This document shows positions 1 to 14,423 of a stretch of 64,000 nt of DNA, piece by piece. The stretch lies in assembly GCF_009914755.1 (NCBI RefSeq), contig NC_060933.1. One strand, written 5' to 3'. Origin of the DNA: the human T2T-CHM13v2.0 reference genome, Homo sapiens. The translations under genes and the position numbers were made by a program. The notes beneath the pieces are model-generated. The model did not search any database. It worked only from the letters and a program-made list of their open reading frames with translations, and was not told where the DNA came from. Numbering within the stretch: the first letter of the stretch is position 1; each line of letters begins with the position of its first letter.

Positions 1-74
1 AATATTTACAGGTCAAATGATTTACATCATATTTTATGTAACAGTCCCTCTTTAAATTTAAGTCTCAAGTTGTA

Positions 75-1005
75 TTTTTTAAAACCACATCATTGAGGTA
101 TAATTGACATACAAAAAGCTGTACATAATTAATGTATACAGTATTTGTTGAATTTGAAGATAAGTATACACTGATTATCTCTTCATTAGTCTTGCTAGAG
201 GTTTATCTAGTTTATTGATTTTTAGAACAGCTTTTTGATTCATTCTGTGTTGTCTGTTTTGTTTCGAAGTACTGTTTCAGCTGCGTCTGACAAATTTTGA
301 TATGTTGTGTGTGCCTTTTCATGTAGTTCAACTGTTATTCCCTTTGGTTTCTTCTTTGAGCAAGGGTTATTTAGGTACATGTCATTTAATTTTAAATATA
401 TTAGGATTTTCATTTTCTTTTCTATTAATGACTTCACATTTAAGTATGTTTTGATCAGATAATATACTGGTATAAAGTTCTTTTAGTTTACTGATACTTG
501 TGTTATGGCCCAGAATATGGTCTATTTTTGTAAATGTCCTGTGTGTTCTTGAAATAATGTCTTGACAATTACGTATATTGCAAACAGTGTTCAATAAACG
601 ATGATTATGTTCAAGTCTGCTATGTTTATACTGATTTTATGCCTACTTGTTCTATCAATTATTGAGTCAAAGTGTTTAATTCTCCAGCTATACAGTTTTA
701 GATTTCTTTCTTCTTTCAGTTTTATCAGTTATGCCTTACTATATTTTAAAATTCTGTTTTTAAGTGAATATACTTTTCAGATTGTTAAGTCTTCTTGATA
801 CATGACATCTTCATTATTATAAAGTGATCTCTAACACTGGCAATTCTATTTTATTTAAAATTCAGTTTATCTGATAATAACATAACCACTTCATCTTTCC
901 TTTGTGTTTATATGGTGGTATTCTTTTCATTTTTTTAGTGTTAACATTTGCCTCTCTTTATATTTAAATGGGCTTAATGTAGATAGAATATAATGAGGTC
1001 TTTTT
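75..1005 (-). mobile_element. Old L1M fragments: a short 3' end (~75-172) and the ORF2 endonuclease region (~173-1005)
   Basis: Minus-strand ORFs 382..594 (HRTFTKIDHILGH...ILSDQN) and 240..437 (TTYQNLSDAA) match the L1 ORF2p motifs SKIDH, LSDH and TTYQNLWD. The frame is broken. Confidence 0.85.
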
Positions 1006-1024
1006 AAAAAAAAAAAAAATCTGG

Positions 1025-1447
<423 letters not shown>

Positions 1448-1711
1448 GTCACCTTTGCTCCAGTTCCCAGCAAGTTCCTCATTTCCATCTAAGACCCCCT
1501 CAGCCTGGACTTCATTGTCTATATCACTATCAGCATTTTGGGCAAAGCCATTCAACAAGTCTCTAGGAAGCTCCAAGCATTCCCACATTCTCCTTTCTTC
1601 TTCTGAGCCCTCCAAACTGTTCCAATCCCTGCCTGTTACCCAGTTGCAAAGTTGCTTACACATTTTGGGGTATCTTTGGAGCAGCGCCCCACTCTGCTGG
1701 TACCAATTTAC
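1448..1711 (-). mobile_element. THE1 internal region, 5' ~260 bp only (ERVL-MaLR)
   Basis: CCCCACTCTGCTGGTACCAATTTAC abuts the LTR and is the reverse complement of the THE1-int start. GTCACCTTTGCTCCAGTTCCC is typical THE1-int sequence. Confidence 0.88.
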
Positions 1712-2053
1712 TATGTTAATCAGTTTTCATGCAGCTGATAAAGACATACCTGAGACTGGGCAATTTACAAAAGAGAGAGGTTTAATGGACTTAGAGTTCC
1801 ACGTGGCTGGGGAGGCCTCACAATCATGGCAGAAGGTGAAAGGCACATCTCACATGGTGGCAGACAGGAGAAGAGAGCTTGTGCAGGGAAACTCCTTGTT
1901 GAAAAACCATCAACTCTCATGAGACTTGTTCACTATCATGAGAACAGCCTGGAAAACCAGCCCGCATGATTCAATAACCTCCCACCAGGTCTTTCCCACA
2001 ACACGTGGGAATTCAAGATGAGATTTGGGTGGGGACACAGCCAAACGGTATCA
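1712..2053 (-). mobile_element. THE1 LTR (THE1A/B-like), the 5' LTR of a truncated element
   Basis: GCTGATAAAGACATACCTGAGACTGGG...GATGAGATTTGGGTGGGGACACAGCCAAAC..ATCA; 342 bp. Confidence 0.92.
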
Positions 2054-3320
<1,267 letters not shown>

Positions 3321-3339
3321 TTCTGTGGTATTGTGGCTG

Positions 3340-3875
3340 GGAAAAAGGCATAATGTAATCTTGGATAAACAGCAGACAAACTGAAATTGAGGAGGACTCT
3401 ATAAAAATAATTGGCCTATATTCTTTGAAATGTCAAGGTTATGAAATCCAGAGGAAAAACTGAGGAATTTTTTAGATTAAAAAACTGAAGATACAGGACA
3501 ACTAAATGCAATGAATAATCCTGGATTGGATTTTGGACTGGGGTTTAAAAAAAGCATTTAAAGGACATTGTCGGAACAATTGTAGAAGTTCGAATATAAA
3601 CTGTGGATTAGGCAATAGTAATGTAACAATGATAAATTTCCTGATTTTAATGGTTGAACTGTGGTTGTTCTTGTCTTTAGGACATACATGCTGGAGTATT
3701 TAGGTAAAGGGGCATGAGGTATGAAACTTAACTTCAGAGGGTTTAGGAAATCACACACTCCACAAGCAAGCAACGATAAAGCAAAATGTAAATAAGTGTT
3801 GAATCTGGGAAAAGGGTATATATAATGTATAATTCTTGTAACTTTTCTGAAAGTCTTAAAATTATGTGAAGAGAA
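3340..3875 (+). mobile_element. L1MC4/5-like 3' UTR
   Basis: ACAACTAAATGCAA..ATCCTGGATTGGAT, AAATTTCCTGATTTT and GTATTTAGGTAAAGGGGCAT are characteristic of L1MC 3' ends. Confidence 0.75.
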
Positions 3876-5319
3876 TATTACCAAAAATGGGTTGGCTCAA
3901 ACACACAGGATTGAGTTTCTTTTTATTGCTAGGTACACCTTGCTCAGCTTCCTGGAAGAGTTGATGGTTTCAATCTAAACATAGAGAAAGTAGAATGATT
4001 TATAATTATCTCCTGATACCTCTTTCTTTCCAAATCAAATTGACCCACAGTTCAGCAGCCCTCTGTTGCCAGGACTGACGTGATGGTAGCTTATCTTTGT
4101 CAGTCAAAAGAAAGTTTGCTGCATGCCTTCATGCCACTCCCCATTATCTAGGGAATGGAACTGACACTGAAAGAGAAGAAGCATAAGAAATAGCAACCCT
4201 TTCTTCCTAGAGTCATTCATCATGAGCTTGAGTAGCAAAATGTTCCCAAATTGCAAGTACAGCCTCATGAAACTAGAGCTGACTTCTTGCTAAATTCCAT
4301 TATTAGTCACAGTTCTGTGGTCACAGTGCTTTTTGGTTGGTTTTTCTGTTTGTTTTTGTTTGTTTAATAAGACATTTTTCATGACTTTAACAAGTTATTA
4401 TGGGTGGAGGCAGTAAAGTTTGGGGCCGGGGAGAAGAGGGAAGCAATTCTCTATCATCTCCATCACAGGTGATCACAGACAGCACAAGAGGGGCAGAAAA
4501 TCTCTCAGAAAGTGGTGAGAGTTGTCCCATTTGGTCAAGCAGGAACAATGTGGGCAGTGTTACACGCGAATGAAGACTTTTCAGCGAGAGTGGAAAGGGG
4601 TGAAATGTGTAACAACCCACACAGAGCTGCTTTCAGCTTCACTCACCTAGTCAGGTTGTGGATGGCCCCATAACCCCTTTTGTATTTGCTTGTTAACAGG
4701 GAAGAATGCGTCTGATCTCAGTGTCTTGTCCAGGTGATTAATGGGGATGCTGTTGCAGAGATGCATGCTGCTTTCTTCCATGTAGCCTTGGTATCAAGTA
4801 GCACCAGCTCAGTAACCAGGTTGTATTATCTTAAAATCAGTAAATGAAATCGGGGAGAATCCGAGTGAGTGTCCTGGACTAATGGTGATGTTTAACAGGG
4901 CAGGAAGCTGGGCTGTAAGAGTGATGCTGGAGGGTCATATGTTTGGATTCTTCAATCAGTTTAAATATGGCCTGGGTCAGAATCATGGACTGTTACTATG
5001 CAGAGATTATTCCATTATCCTCCCTAACATATCAACTTTTATCCCAGGAATACACTTAACAGTTCCAGAGAAGTTGAAGGATAGAGTAAATATTCGCAGG
5101 GCTGGCCCTAAATGAAATGACTATTTCATGTTCTGCCCTCATGCTCCAATTTTCTTTCTGGGGACTCTTTTCTCTCATTTCTTCCCACTAGAGTCAATCT
5201 TATATGAGCCTTGAGATTTAGGATTGCACTCTGGAAGGGTGAGGGTTTAAAAGGAAGCGGTCAAGTGCTGACCTACATGACTTAAATAGTCTCTTGTCTA
5301 TCTACAAACCTTCTAAATG

Positions 5320-5450
5320 TGTTATTACTTCTGTTTTAGAGATGAGGAATCTGAGGCAGTTTCCAAAAAGATAAGCAATTTTCCCTAAAGCAAACAGGTA
5401 ATATATGAAGGAAGTAGGGTTCAAGCCCAATTCTGCAAGACTCAAAAGTT
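5320..5450 (-). mobile_element. MIR
   Basis: Antisense core TTTTAGAGATGAGGAATCTGAGGC. Confidence 0.7.
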
Positions 5451-5537
5451 GTCTTCTGCACCAGGCTGTGGAGATGCAAATCTCTCATTCCACCTCTATT
5501 CTACTCACAAAAACTGCCACCTAAATCCTACCTCTCC

Positions 5538-6050
5538 TTCACTCAAAAATATATATCTCGAATACTTTATATGCTAGGCACTGGTCCAGGTTTTGGGAAT
5601 ACAGTGCCAGTGAGACTAATATGATTGCTGCTTTCATGAAACTCACTAGGCAGTGGGAGACATGAAAATATATAAGCACAAAACTGTAATTACAGAGATA
5701 GATAAGTTTTATAAAAGGAAAAATATATGATATGATAGAAGATACGTGTGTAGGGAGGGGATCTTTTTTATTTGGTTAGGGACAGGCTTTCTGAACTAGT
5801 CACATTGAGGCCTGAGTCCTTACAGATGAGAAGCAGAAAGCCACGCAAAGCACTGAGCATTCTGGACAAAAGGATCAGCAAAAGTAAAAACCCTGAAGCA
5901 AGGAAGAAATGGTCTGTCCATGGAGCTGTAAGTAGACCATCTTGGGAAAGCATGCAGGGAAAGATATGAGATGTAATTGGAGATTGAAGCTAGAGCAAGA
6001 TCATTAGATCGTGTAGGTCCTCACAGGATTTGATTGCATGCTAAGTGCAC
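5538..6050 (-). mobile_element. L2 3' region
   Basis: TCACTCAAAAATAT...TATGCTAGGCACTGG...GGGAATACAG matches the antisense L2 3' end. Confidence 0.7.
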
Positions 6051-6499
6051 GAAACAGGTGCCAGTGATCATGTTACTCTCCTGCTTAAAAAGCTCCAGTG
6101 GGTTCCACGTTCAACTCTTTGTTGCTTGTGTACCTTCTATGTTGCCTTGTGTTGGTTTTGACTTCTCATTACAGGCCCTTTTGCTGATTTTAGGATAAAT
6201 GACAGTACTGTTAGTTAAGCAGGGAGATCCTAGATAACTGTCCCTGCTAGTTCACAAACAGTATCTTTTACCACTAACAATTGTCTCCTCCAACCTCCGC
6301 AGGAACTTTTGATTTGGTTTTAGTTCTCATAGAGTCTGTCATGGAGACACAGAGGGAGGAGGATGAGCTAGGGAACATTTCAGCAGGTTTCTGCCTCCAT
6401 TCCCACCCTTTTCTTTGTGCTTCAGCAAATCTAATCAATTAGGTTAAAGTTTTTTTCTAAGGACCATGCAGTTTCAGACCTCTATTCATTCTTCACATC

Positions 6500-6810
6500 T
6501 TTTACAAATCCTTTGTGTGTGTTCTTGATTCTTCCTAGAGTACCATTTTCTATAGTTTGCCTGTTTGGCAACCTTTAAACCAACTTTCCTTTGAAGACTC
6601 TCTGAGAATTACTCTAACTAGTTATGTTTCCTTTATGCACTTCTATTAGTTCCCTTAACACATTTTAATTGCTTATACACAGGGTTCACATCCTTTATTA
6701 ATGTATGAACTCACTGGGGTTATTGACCTTGTTCATTTGTCTTTGCGTCGCTGGCACTCAGCTTAGTGCCTAGCTCAAAGTAGATTTTCAAGAAATGCTA
6801 AGTGAATGCC
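6500..6810 (+). mobile_element. L2 3' end
   Basis: AGTGCCTAGCTCAAAGTAG...AAATGCTAAGTGAATG. Confidence 0.55.
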
Positions 6811-6969
6811 TAGTGGAAGTTCATGCTCTGTAATTAACTCAGAATTGATATGCATGGTCTTAGGCAAGTCATTTACCCTCTCAGAGACCTTAGTAAGTTA
6901 TATAATTTATACTACTATGTTTTCCTGGTTTACTTTATAATACTAAGTTACTGAAAACTTGATCGATTG

Positions 6970-7190
6970 ATAACTTACTCTGTACAGGCCCTATGCTAGG
7001 GGCTTTTAGATGGATTATCTCAATTTACCCTTAACGTCAACCCCATGAAGTAGCTTTAGATATTATCCTCAGTTGACAGACAAGGAAACTGAGACCCAGG
7101 GATGAAAAATGACTTGTGCAAAGTCACACAAGCTGCTAGAGTATGAGAGATTCAAACTAACTATGTTGCACTCCAAGGCCCAGGCTGTCA
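6970..7190 (-). mobile_element. MIR
   Basis: GACAAGGAAACTGAGACCCAG...TGACTTGTGCAAAGTCACACA. Confidence 0.8.
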
Positions 7191-7245
7191 AGTGTTCTTC
7201 TGCTGAATTGTTTTCAACTCTCTAAATCAGTGGATAAAGCTACTC

Positions 7246-7613
<368 letters not shown>

Positions 7614-7710
7614 TAAAGTTGATCTTTATGAGGTTAACCTTTTCTCCTTTTCTTTCTGATTTAGATAATTCTCAAGCCAATATAGATGGCGATTTTTAAA
7701 AGATTAATCT

Positions 7711-8980
7711 ATTTTTAAATTGACATATAAAATTGTATGTATGTAGTTTGTACAACAGGATGCTTTGAAGTATATATACATAGTGAAATGGTTAAATCTA
7801 GTTAATAAATTCATGTTATATGGTAATTTTTGTGGTGAGAATACCTAACGCATTTTTCAAGAATATATCATCAACTATAGTCATCATGCTGTACAAGAGA
7901 TCATTTGAACATAATCCCTCTAACTGTAGACATGTATCTTTGAACCAACAGTACCCCAAGCCCCTCTACCCCCTAACCACCCCAGCCTCTGATAACTACC
8001 ACTCAACTCTCTGCTTCTATGAAATCAACTTTTTAAGATTCCACTTATGGGTGACATCATGCAGTATTTGTCTTTCTATAACTGGCTCATTTCACTTAAT
8101 GTTCTCCAGATTCATCCATGTTGTCACAAGTGGCAGGAGCATTCTTTTCATGGATGAATAGTATTCCATCATGTATACATACCACATTTTTTCGCCTGTG
8201 AATCTATTGATAGACACTTAGGTTGCTTCTATATCTTGGCTACTGTGAATAGTACTGCAGTCACTATAGGCATGCAGGTCTCTTCCACATACTGACTCCA
8301 TTTCCTTTGGATATATATCTGGTAGTGGGTTTGGTGAGTCCTGTGGTAGTAATAATTTTAACTTTTGAGGAGCCTCCATGCTGTTTTCCATAATAGCTCT
8401 ACAGTATGATTTACATTCCCATCAACAGTGTACAAGGGTTCCCTTTCCTTCACATCCACACCAAGATTTATCTTTTGTCTGCTTGATAATTGCTCTTCTA
8501 TGAGGTGATATCTTGTGGTTTTGGTTTGCATTTTTCTGATTAATAATGAGCATTTAAAAAATTATACCTGTTAGCCATTTGTATATCTTTTAAGAAATGT
8601 CTATTCAGGTCATTTGGCTATTTTTAGTTGGGTTATTTGCTTCCTTGCTATTGAGTTGGGTTCTTTATGTACTTTTATATTAACCCCTCATCAGATATAT
8701 GATGTACAAATGTTTTCTCTTCACTCTGTTTTTTCCTTTGCTGCACAGAAGTGTTTTAATTTGATATAGTCCCATTTGTCTATTTTTGCTTTTGCTGCCT
8801 ATGCTTCTGGGGACATATCCAGAAAATCATTGCCCAGACCAATGTCATGAAGCTTTTGCCGCATGTTTTCTTCTAATAGATTCATAATTTGGAGTTTTAC
8901 ATTTAAGATTTCATTCAATTCTGAGTTGATTTTTGCATATGATAAAATAAAAGAATTTAATTTCATTATTTTACATGTTG
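7711..8980 (-). mobile_element. L1MA (MA7-9-like) 3' fragment
   Basis: TTGACATATAAAATTGTATG...TTTGAAGTATATATACA 3' end, followed by antisense ORF2 3' sequence. Confidence 0.85.
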
Positions 8981-9976
8981 TAATACGGTATTTTTTTGTG
9001 TCTGTTTGCTAAATGTGATGGTTGGGGAAGTGGGGTCTCTCCCAGGCTGAGGTAAAACTCAGCTTTGAGTCTTTAACAGGATGTTCTGAAAATTAGGTCT
9101 GAAGTGAACTTTTAGGAAGGGTACATTCTACCACCAGGAGTGCTCCATCTGGTAAGATAATCAGGAAGGACTGGCACAGCACAGGAAAGGGAAGCTGGTG
9201 GTGAGGAGAACAGTGGGGAGCTAGTATAGGAGGTAGCTGGATTGAAGAGAAGGGGTAGAGGCCTCACAGTGAAATGTAACCAATTTTAAATCCAAAGCCT
9301 TTGAAGCAAAAATAATTCAACCTTGAAACATGACTATATTTAATTAGTGGAGGTTTAACATCATGACTCCACAATTTAACCCTGGGGAACAAACAAAGCT
9401 CAAATTACGAATCTCACAGAAATGACAATGGCAGCCTGAAAGACAAGTCACTCAGGTAAGTAGGATCTTATAACCAGAATACTGCCAAGCACCTGGCCTG
9501 CATCACAGCTGTGGGTCTGTCTTGGTCTTTGCCTACATCAGCTACTTTAGGGGGAGGATGGACATCATGGAGTGGGGAGGAAGAGATCAGGTGTCACACA
9601 GATGCATTTTAGTAACACACAGGTGGCGCAGAGTTCTGTAGTTCAGAGTAGGGCTGAATGGCAGCTGAGCTGCATACAGTGTAAAGACAGACCATGGAGA
9701 ACTCAGAAAACATGTGTGAACAAATGTACAAGTTAGTGTTTTCTAACTCCTGGCTTATCACAAAATGACCAGCGCTGCCCTAAAGGTCAGGCCCCAAACC
9801 AGAGGTCTAGTTAGGAAGGTTGTCTGAATCCTGGATCATCTTCCTGTTTATACCCTCCATTTTTCTCCCCAGACAACCCAAGGCCATTCCAAGTGCTTTT
9901 CCCTATTTGACTCTTGAAGGGCTGCTGCTGCTGATGATCAGAAGAGTCATCAGTTCTGTTTACCAAATACTCTTAT

Positions 9977-10394
9977 TGCTATAATTTGGATGTTTGTCCC
10001 ATCAAACCTCGTGTTGAAATTTGATCCCCAATGTTGGAGGCAGGGGGACTAATGGGAAGTGTTTGGGTCATGGGAGTGAACTGTTCACCAATGGATTGGT
10101 GTCATCCTATGGTAATGAGTATGTTCTCACTCTTATTCCCGAGAAAGCTGGTTGTTAAAAAAGAGCCTGGCACCTTCCTCTACTTTCTCTCTTGCTTCCT
10201 TTCTCACCATGTGATATCTACACACGTCAGCTCCATTTCACCTTCTGCCATGAGTGGACGTGGTCTGAGGCCCTCACCATAAGCAGATGCCGGTCCCATG
10301 CTTCTTGTATGGCCTACAGAACCGAGAACCAAATAAACTTTATAAATTACCCAGCCTCGGGGTTCTTTTATAGCAACACAAATGGGCTAAGGCA
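9977..10394 (+). mobile_element. MSTB-like solo LTR (ERVL-MaLR)
   Basis: TGCTATAATTTGGATGTTTGTCCC...AATAAA...TTTATAGCAACACAAATGGGCTAAGGCA; 418 bp. Confidence 0.88.
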
Positions 10395-10569
10395 CTCTAA
10401 CGTAACACTCTATCCTGGAAATCCTGAGGAATAAGTATTGTTACTCTCCTCATTTTATACCTTAAGAAATGGAAGCTGAGTAAAACAAAATTATTTGCCA
10501 AAGGCCACAGGCTAAAAATTGTCATAAAACCATTGTTAGGAAAGAATCAAATCACTTAAGTGCAATATT

Positions 10570-10800
10570 TGTCTTTGCTGTCCGCCCTCCCTCCTTTCTT
10601 CCTTTCCTTCAACTGTCTCTCGGTTCTTCTCTGCCTCCTTCCCTCCCATACCTTTTCCCTTCCCCCTCTCTCTCCCCTTCCTCTCCCTCTCTGCATGTCT
10701 TTCTCTTACAATGTCTTTCTTGTACTCTCTCTCTCTCTCTCTCTCAGATGCTCTGTCTCTCTCCTTTCTCTTGCCCTCACTGTCTCCCCTTCTTTCTCTA
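10570..10800. repeat. CT-rich low-complexity tract including (CT)n
   Basis: Polypyrimidine stretch read directly. Confidence 0.9.
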
Positions 10801-11305
10801 CCAACATTGACATTTAGAGTCTTTACCCAAGTAAAGTCTGTCATATTCCTATGAATTAAGCCAGCTCCACTCTATTAGAGAATATTAGCTATATATCTGA
10901 GCTTCAACAAATTTTGCATGAAATGTGATATGTGGGAGCTCCAAGTTTGTAACTGCTGTCAATTTCTTCTGAGAGAACATCTTTGTTAGGGTGACCAAGA
11001 AATTTATTGTCCAAATTGGAATATACTCAGATTAAAATGAACAATAAAAATAATGAAAATTATATGATAAAATAATTTTGAAATATTTACTTATTAAGTA
11101 GGTATACAGTTATATTAAAACAACTTTAATATACATAATTCCTTCTAAAAATAAGAATAAAAAATTTTAAAAATATGGATTATAGAAACACTAATAGTAA
11201 CATGCAAAATAATTATTCAGGTTCTTAAGGCCAAGTGTGTTTCTTATATCAAGTCACTGATACTTTTCCTAAAGAATATATGTTTTAATATCACCATATT
11301 ATTAT

Positions 11306-11570
11306 CTTTTTAAAAAACACTTTTAGGTACATGTAATTCACATGTACCCCTGAACCTAAAAGTATTTTCAAAAGGTTGTAAACCTGTGTCACGGGGGTTT
11401 ATTGTACAGATTATTTTGCCACCCAGGTATTAAGTCTAGCACCCACTAGTTATTTTTTCTGACTCTCTACCTCCTCTTTACCCTCCTCCCTCCAGTAGGT
11501 CCTGGTGTCTGTTGTTCCTCTTTGTCCATGTGTTCTCATCATTAAGCTCCCACTTATAAGTGAGAACATA
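11306..11570 (-). mobile_element. L1PA13-16-like 3' fragment with a fold-back rearrangement at its 3' end
   Basis: TTGTACAGATTATTTTGCCACCCAGGTATTAAG...CTCCCACTTATAAGTGAGAACAT. Confidence 0.82.
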
Positions 11571-12756
11571 CTAAATAACTTACAGTTGTCTTCAAAATAA
11601 CATTTTATAGTCAATTGAAATTTTTGGTACATTCATTGATTCTCTTTTGTAGACCACAATGTTGTTACTAGAAAAAGATTTTTCTCTACAGGAAAGCTCA
11701 GAGCAATTTTACTAAATAAAAATATTTTCAGTTTTAATATTTTATGCTGAAATGCATACATATTTCAGTCTGAATATTTTCATAAGTACTATGATAGTGC
11801 TTTCATTTAGTGTATCTTTCTTTAACAAGTAGCTTTATTGAAAATCGAATAAATGAACTACAGTTGTTTAAATTTCACCAAAAATACATGTTGTAAAATT
11901 CAGGCTTTCTTCGTTTCATTCCATTCTGATGTAGAATACAGCTTATGCAGTTAAAATGAGAGCTCCATCAAAGATTTGCCACAAGTCAAGATATCTTAAA
12001 ATTCAATTATAAAATTTCAAAATTAAATACCATATACCACTAGCATTCTCATTGTTTAGTTGGCTCAGTTACCTCTAGTTAACACAGAGATAAATTTCAA
12101 TGTCTTCCAGTTTTTTAGCTTTGTTTTTAATAAATGCAATTTAATAAAAGCAAACATAAAGAGCAAAAATAAGTTTTTGTGCTCTATTCATTGAATTCTT
12201 TGACTAAAACTTTCCTAATGATTTTGAACAAATTGCAGACAAATTGCATACAAAAAGTTTGCCATTGTAGTACACTTAGGTTGAATTATGTGATAGTTTT
12301 TGAAAATCTCAAACTCTTTCAAGATTTTTATTTTCGAAGGGAAAAGAGAAATTTAGTGAGACATAAGGTTGATATGTAAAAGTAGGCAGCCAAAAAAAAA
12401 ATACCTCCATGCTATAACATTTTATTCAATATTAGCTTCATTGCAAAAAATTGTGTTCATTCGCTCTGCACATAAATAAAATATTTGTAGATTTTGATAT
12501 TATGGGTTTTATATTTTAGACTCTTAATTTACAGACTTGCAGGAAGTTGCAAAAATAGTAGAGTCATGTGTACCATTCATCTAGCTTCCCCGAATGGCAC
12601 CATCTTAGACAGCTGTAGTATGTCAATATTAGGAAATTGACATTGATATACTATTATTAACTGACTACAGACCTTGAGTTTTCCCCAATTTAAAAATTTC
12701 ATATGTGTATGTGTGTATAGTTATATATACTTTTATCCCATATTTAGATTCATGTG

Positions 12757-13088
12757 CAGCAGTCCCCCTTTATCCATTAGTGATATGTTCCAAGACCCCC
12801 AGAGGATGTCTAAAACTGTGGATAGTATGGAACTCTATGTAGGCTATGTTTTGTCCTATAATGTAATGGGTGGATAGTGTTTACAGCATGGATATCCTGG
12901 ACAAAGGGATGATTCACATCCCAGATAAAGCATGACAACATGAGATTTTGTCATACTACTCAGAACAGCATGAAGTGTAAAGCTTATGAATTATTTCTGC
13001 CATTTTTCATGTAATATTTTCAGACAACAGTTGACCACAGGTAACTGAAATCACGGAAAGTGAAACCGCAGTTATAAAGGGACTACTA
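12757..13088 (-). mobile_element. MER44A-like TcMar-Tigger MITE
   Basis: TIRs CAGCAGTCCCCCTTTATCC and AAAGGGACTACTA; 332 bp; flanked by TG/TA (decayed TA TSD). Confidence 0.85.
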
Positions 13089-13585
13089 TAACTACCGCCA
13101 TAATCAACAACCGCACTTGTTCATCACTGTAAAAGAAAATGCTTGTGCTACTCGTTTGCATATGCGCCTTCCCCATCTTCCCACCCCTGAAATCCAGTCT
13201 CTATCCCCTGGCATCCATTAATTTGTTCATCTCTTAGTTTTATAATTTCAAGAATATTATATAAACAAAATCAACAGTGCGTATCCTTTGGAGATAAACT
13301 TCTTTTTTTCCACCAAGCACAATGCCCTTGAGGCACATCTAGGTGGTTGTATGCATCAGTAGTTCATTTCTTTTTATTGCTGAGTACTGTTACACTGCAT
13401 GGATATGCCAGAGTTTGTACTATTATTTGCACATTAAATTATATGTGAGTTGTTCCAATATGTTGCTATTATAAATACAGTGGATACAAACATTTTTGTA
13501 CAGGTTTCTGTGTGAACCTAAGTTTTTGTTGATTGCTGGGTCATATGGCAAGTACATGTTTACCTCTGTAAGAAACTGCCAAACT

Positions 13586-13788
13586 CGTCATTTACATTAA
13601 GTAAAATACCACCTTGGTTTCCAAGAAATAAAATGTAACGAAAACCCAATGGACACAGGCAATCGAATTTTTAGTTGCTTATTATTTACATACCATATTC
13701 TTATTAATGATAGTTACACATTTTTCATTTAATAAAGGAAGACTGTTCGGATGTCCCTAACTCTCCCAGACCCACCCACCAAAAAAAG
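13586..13788 (+). other. Retrotransposed non-repeat insert (probable L1 3' transduction)
   Basis: Perfect TSD AGAAACTGCCAAACT at 13571-13585 and 13789-13803, AATAAA at 13731 and an A-tail from 13781. It interrupts an otherwise continuous older L1. Confidence 0.8.
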
Positions 13789-14082
13789 AGAAACTGCCAA
13801 ACTATTTCTAAGAGTGGCTGTTCTCTTTTATGTTCCCATCAATGGTATATGAGGCACTCACTTTCTCTACATCTTTACCTTTGATATTGTCACTTGAGAA
13901 AAAATTTAAAACTGTTGGAATGGATATGTAGTAGTATGTCATTATGGCTTCAATTTGCATTTCCCTAGTGGCTAATGACATTGAACATCTTTTCATATGA
14001 TTATTTACCATCTATATCTCCCCTTTGATGAAGTACCTGTTCATATATTATGCAGATTTTTAATTAAATTTTCTGTATTTTT

Positions 14083-14423
14083 TTAATTTTATTTTATTAT
14101 TTCAGTTTTAGAGTACATGTGCACAATGTACAGGTTTGTTACATATGTATACATGTGCCATGTTGGTGTGCTGCACCCATTAACTGGTCATTTAGCATTA
14201 GGTATATCTCCTAATGCTATCCCTCCCCCCACCCCACAACAAGCCCCGGTGTGTGATGTTCCCCTTCCTGTGTCCATGTGTTCTCATTGTTCAATTCCCA
14301 CCTATGAGTGAGAACATGCAGTGTTTGGTTTTTTGCCCTTGTGATAGTTTGCTAAGTATGGAATACTATGCAGCCATAAAAAAGATGAGTTCATGTCCTT
14401 TGTAGGGACATGGATGAAGCTGG
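14083..14423 (-). mobile_element. L1PA3/4-like 5'-truncated, 5'-inverted insertion
   Basis: 17-bp TSD AAATTTTCTGTATTTTT (14066-14082 and 14424-14440). Antisense 3' UTR to ~14356, then a sense segment ATGGAATACTATGCAGCC...GAAGCTGGAAA. Confidence 0.92.

Noticed and set aside
9453-9461. Perfect donor CAG|GTAAGT (also TAG|GTAAGA at 27031)
   Set aside because: There is no convincing acceptor or coding frame, and such motifs arise by chance in 64 kb. lncRNA exons cannot be excluded without RNA data.
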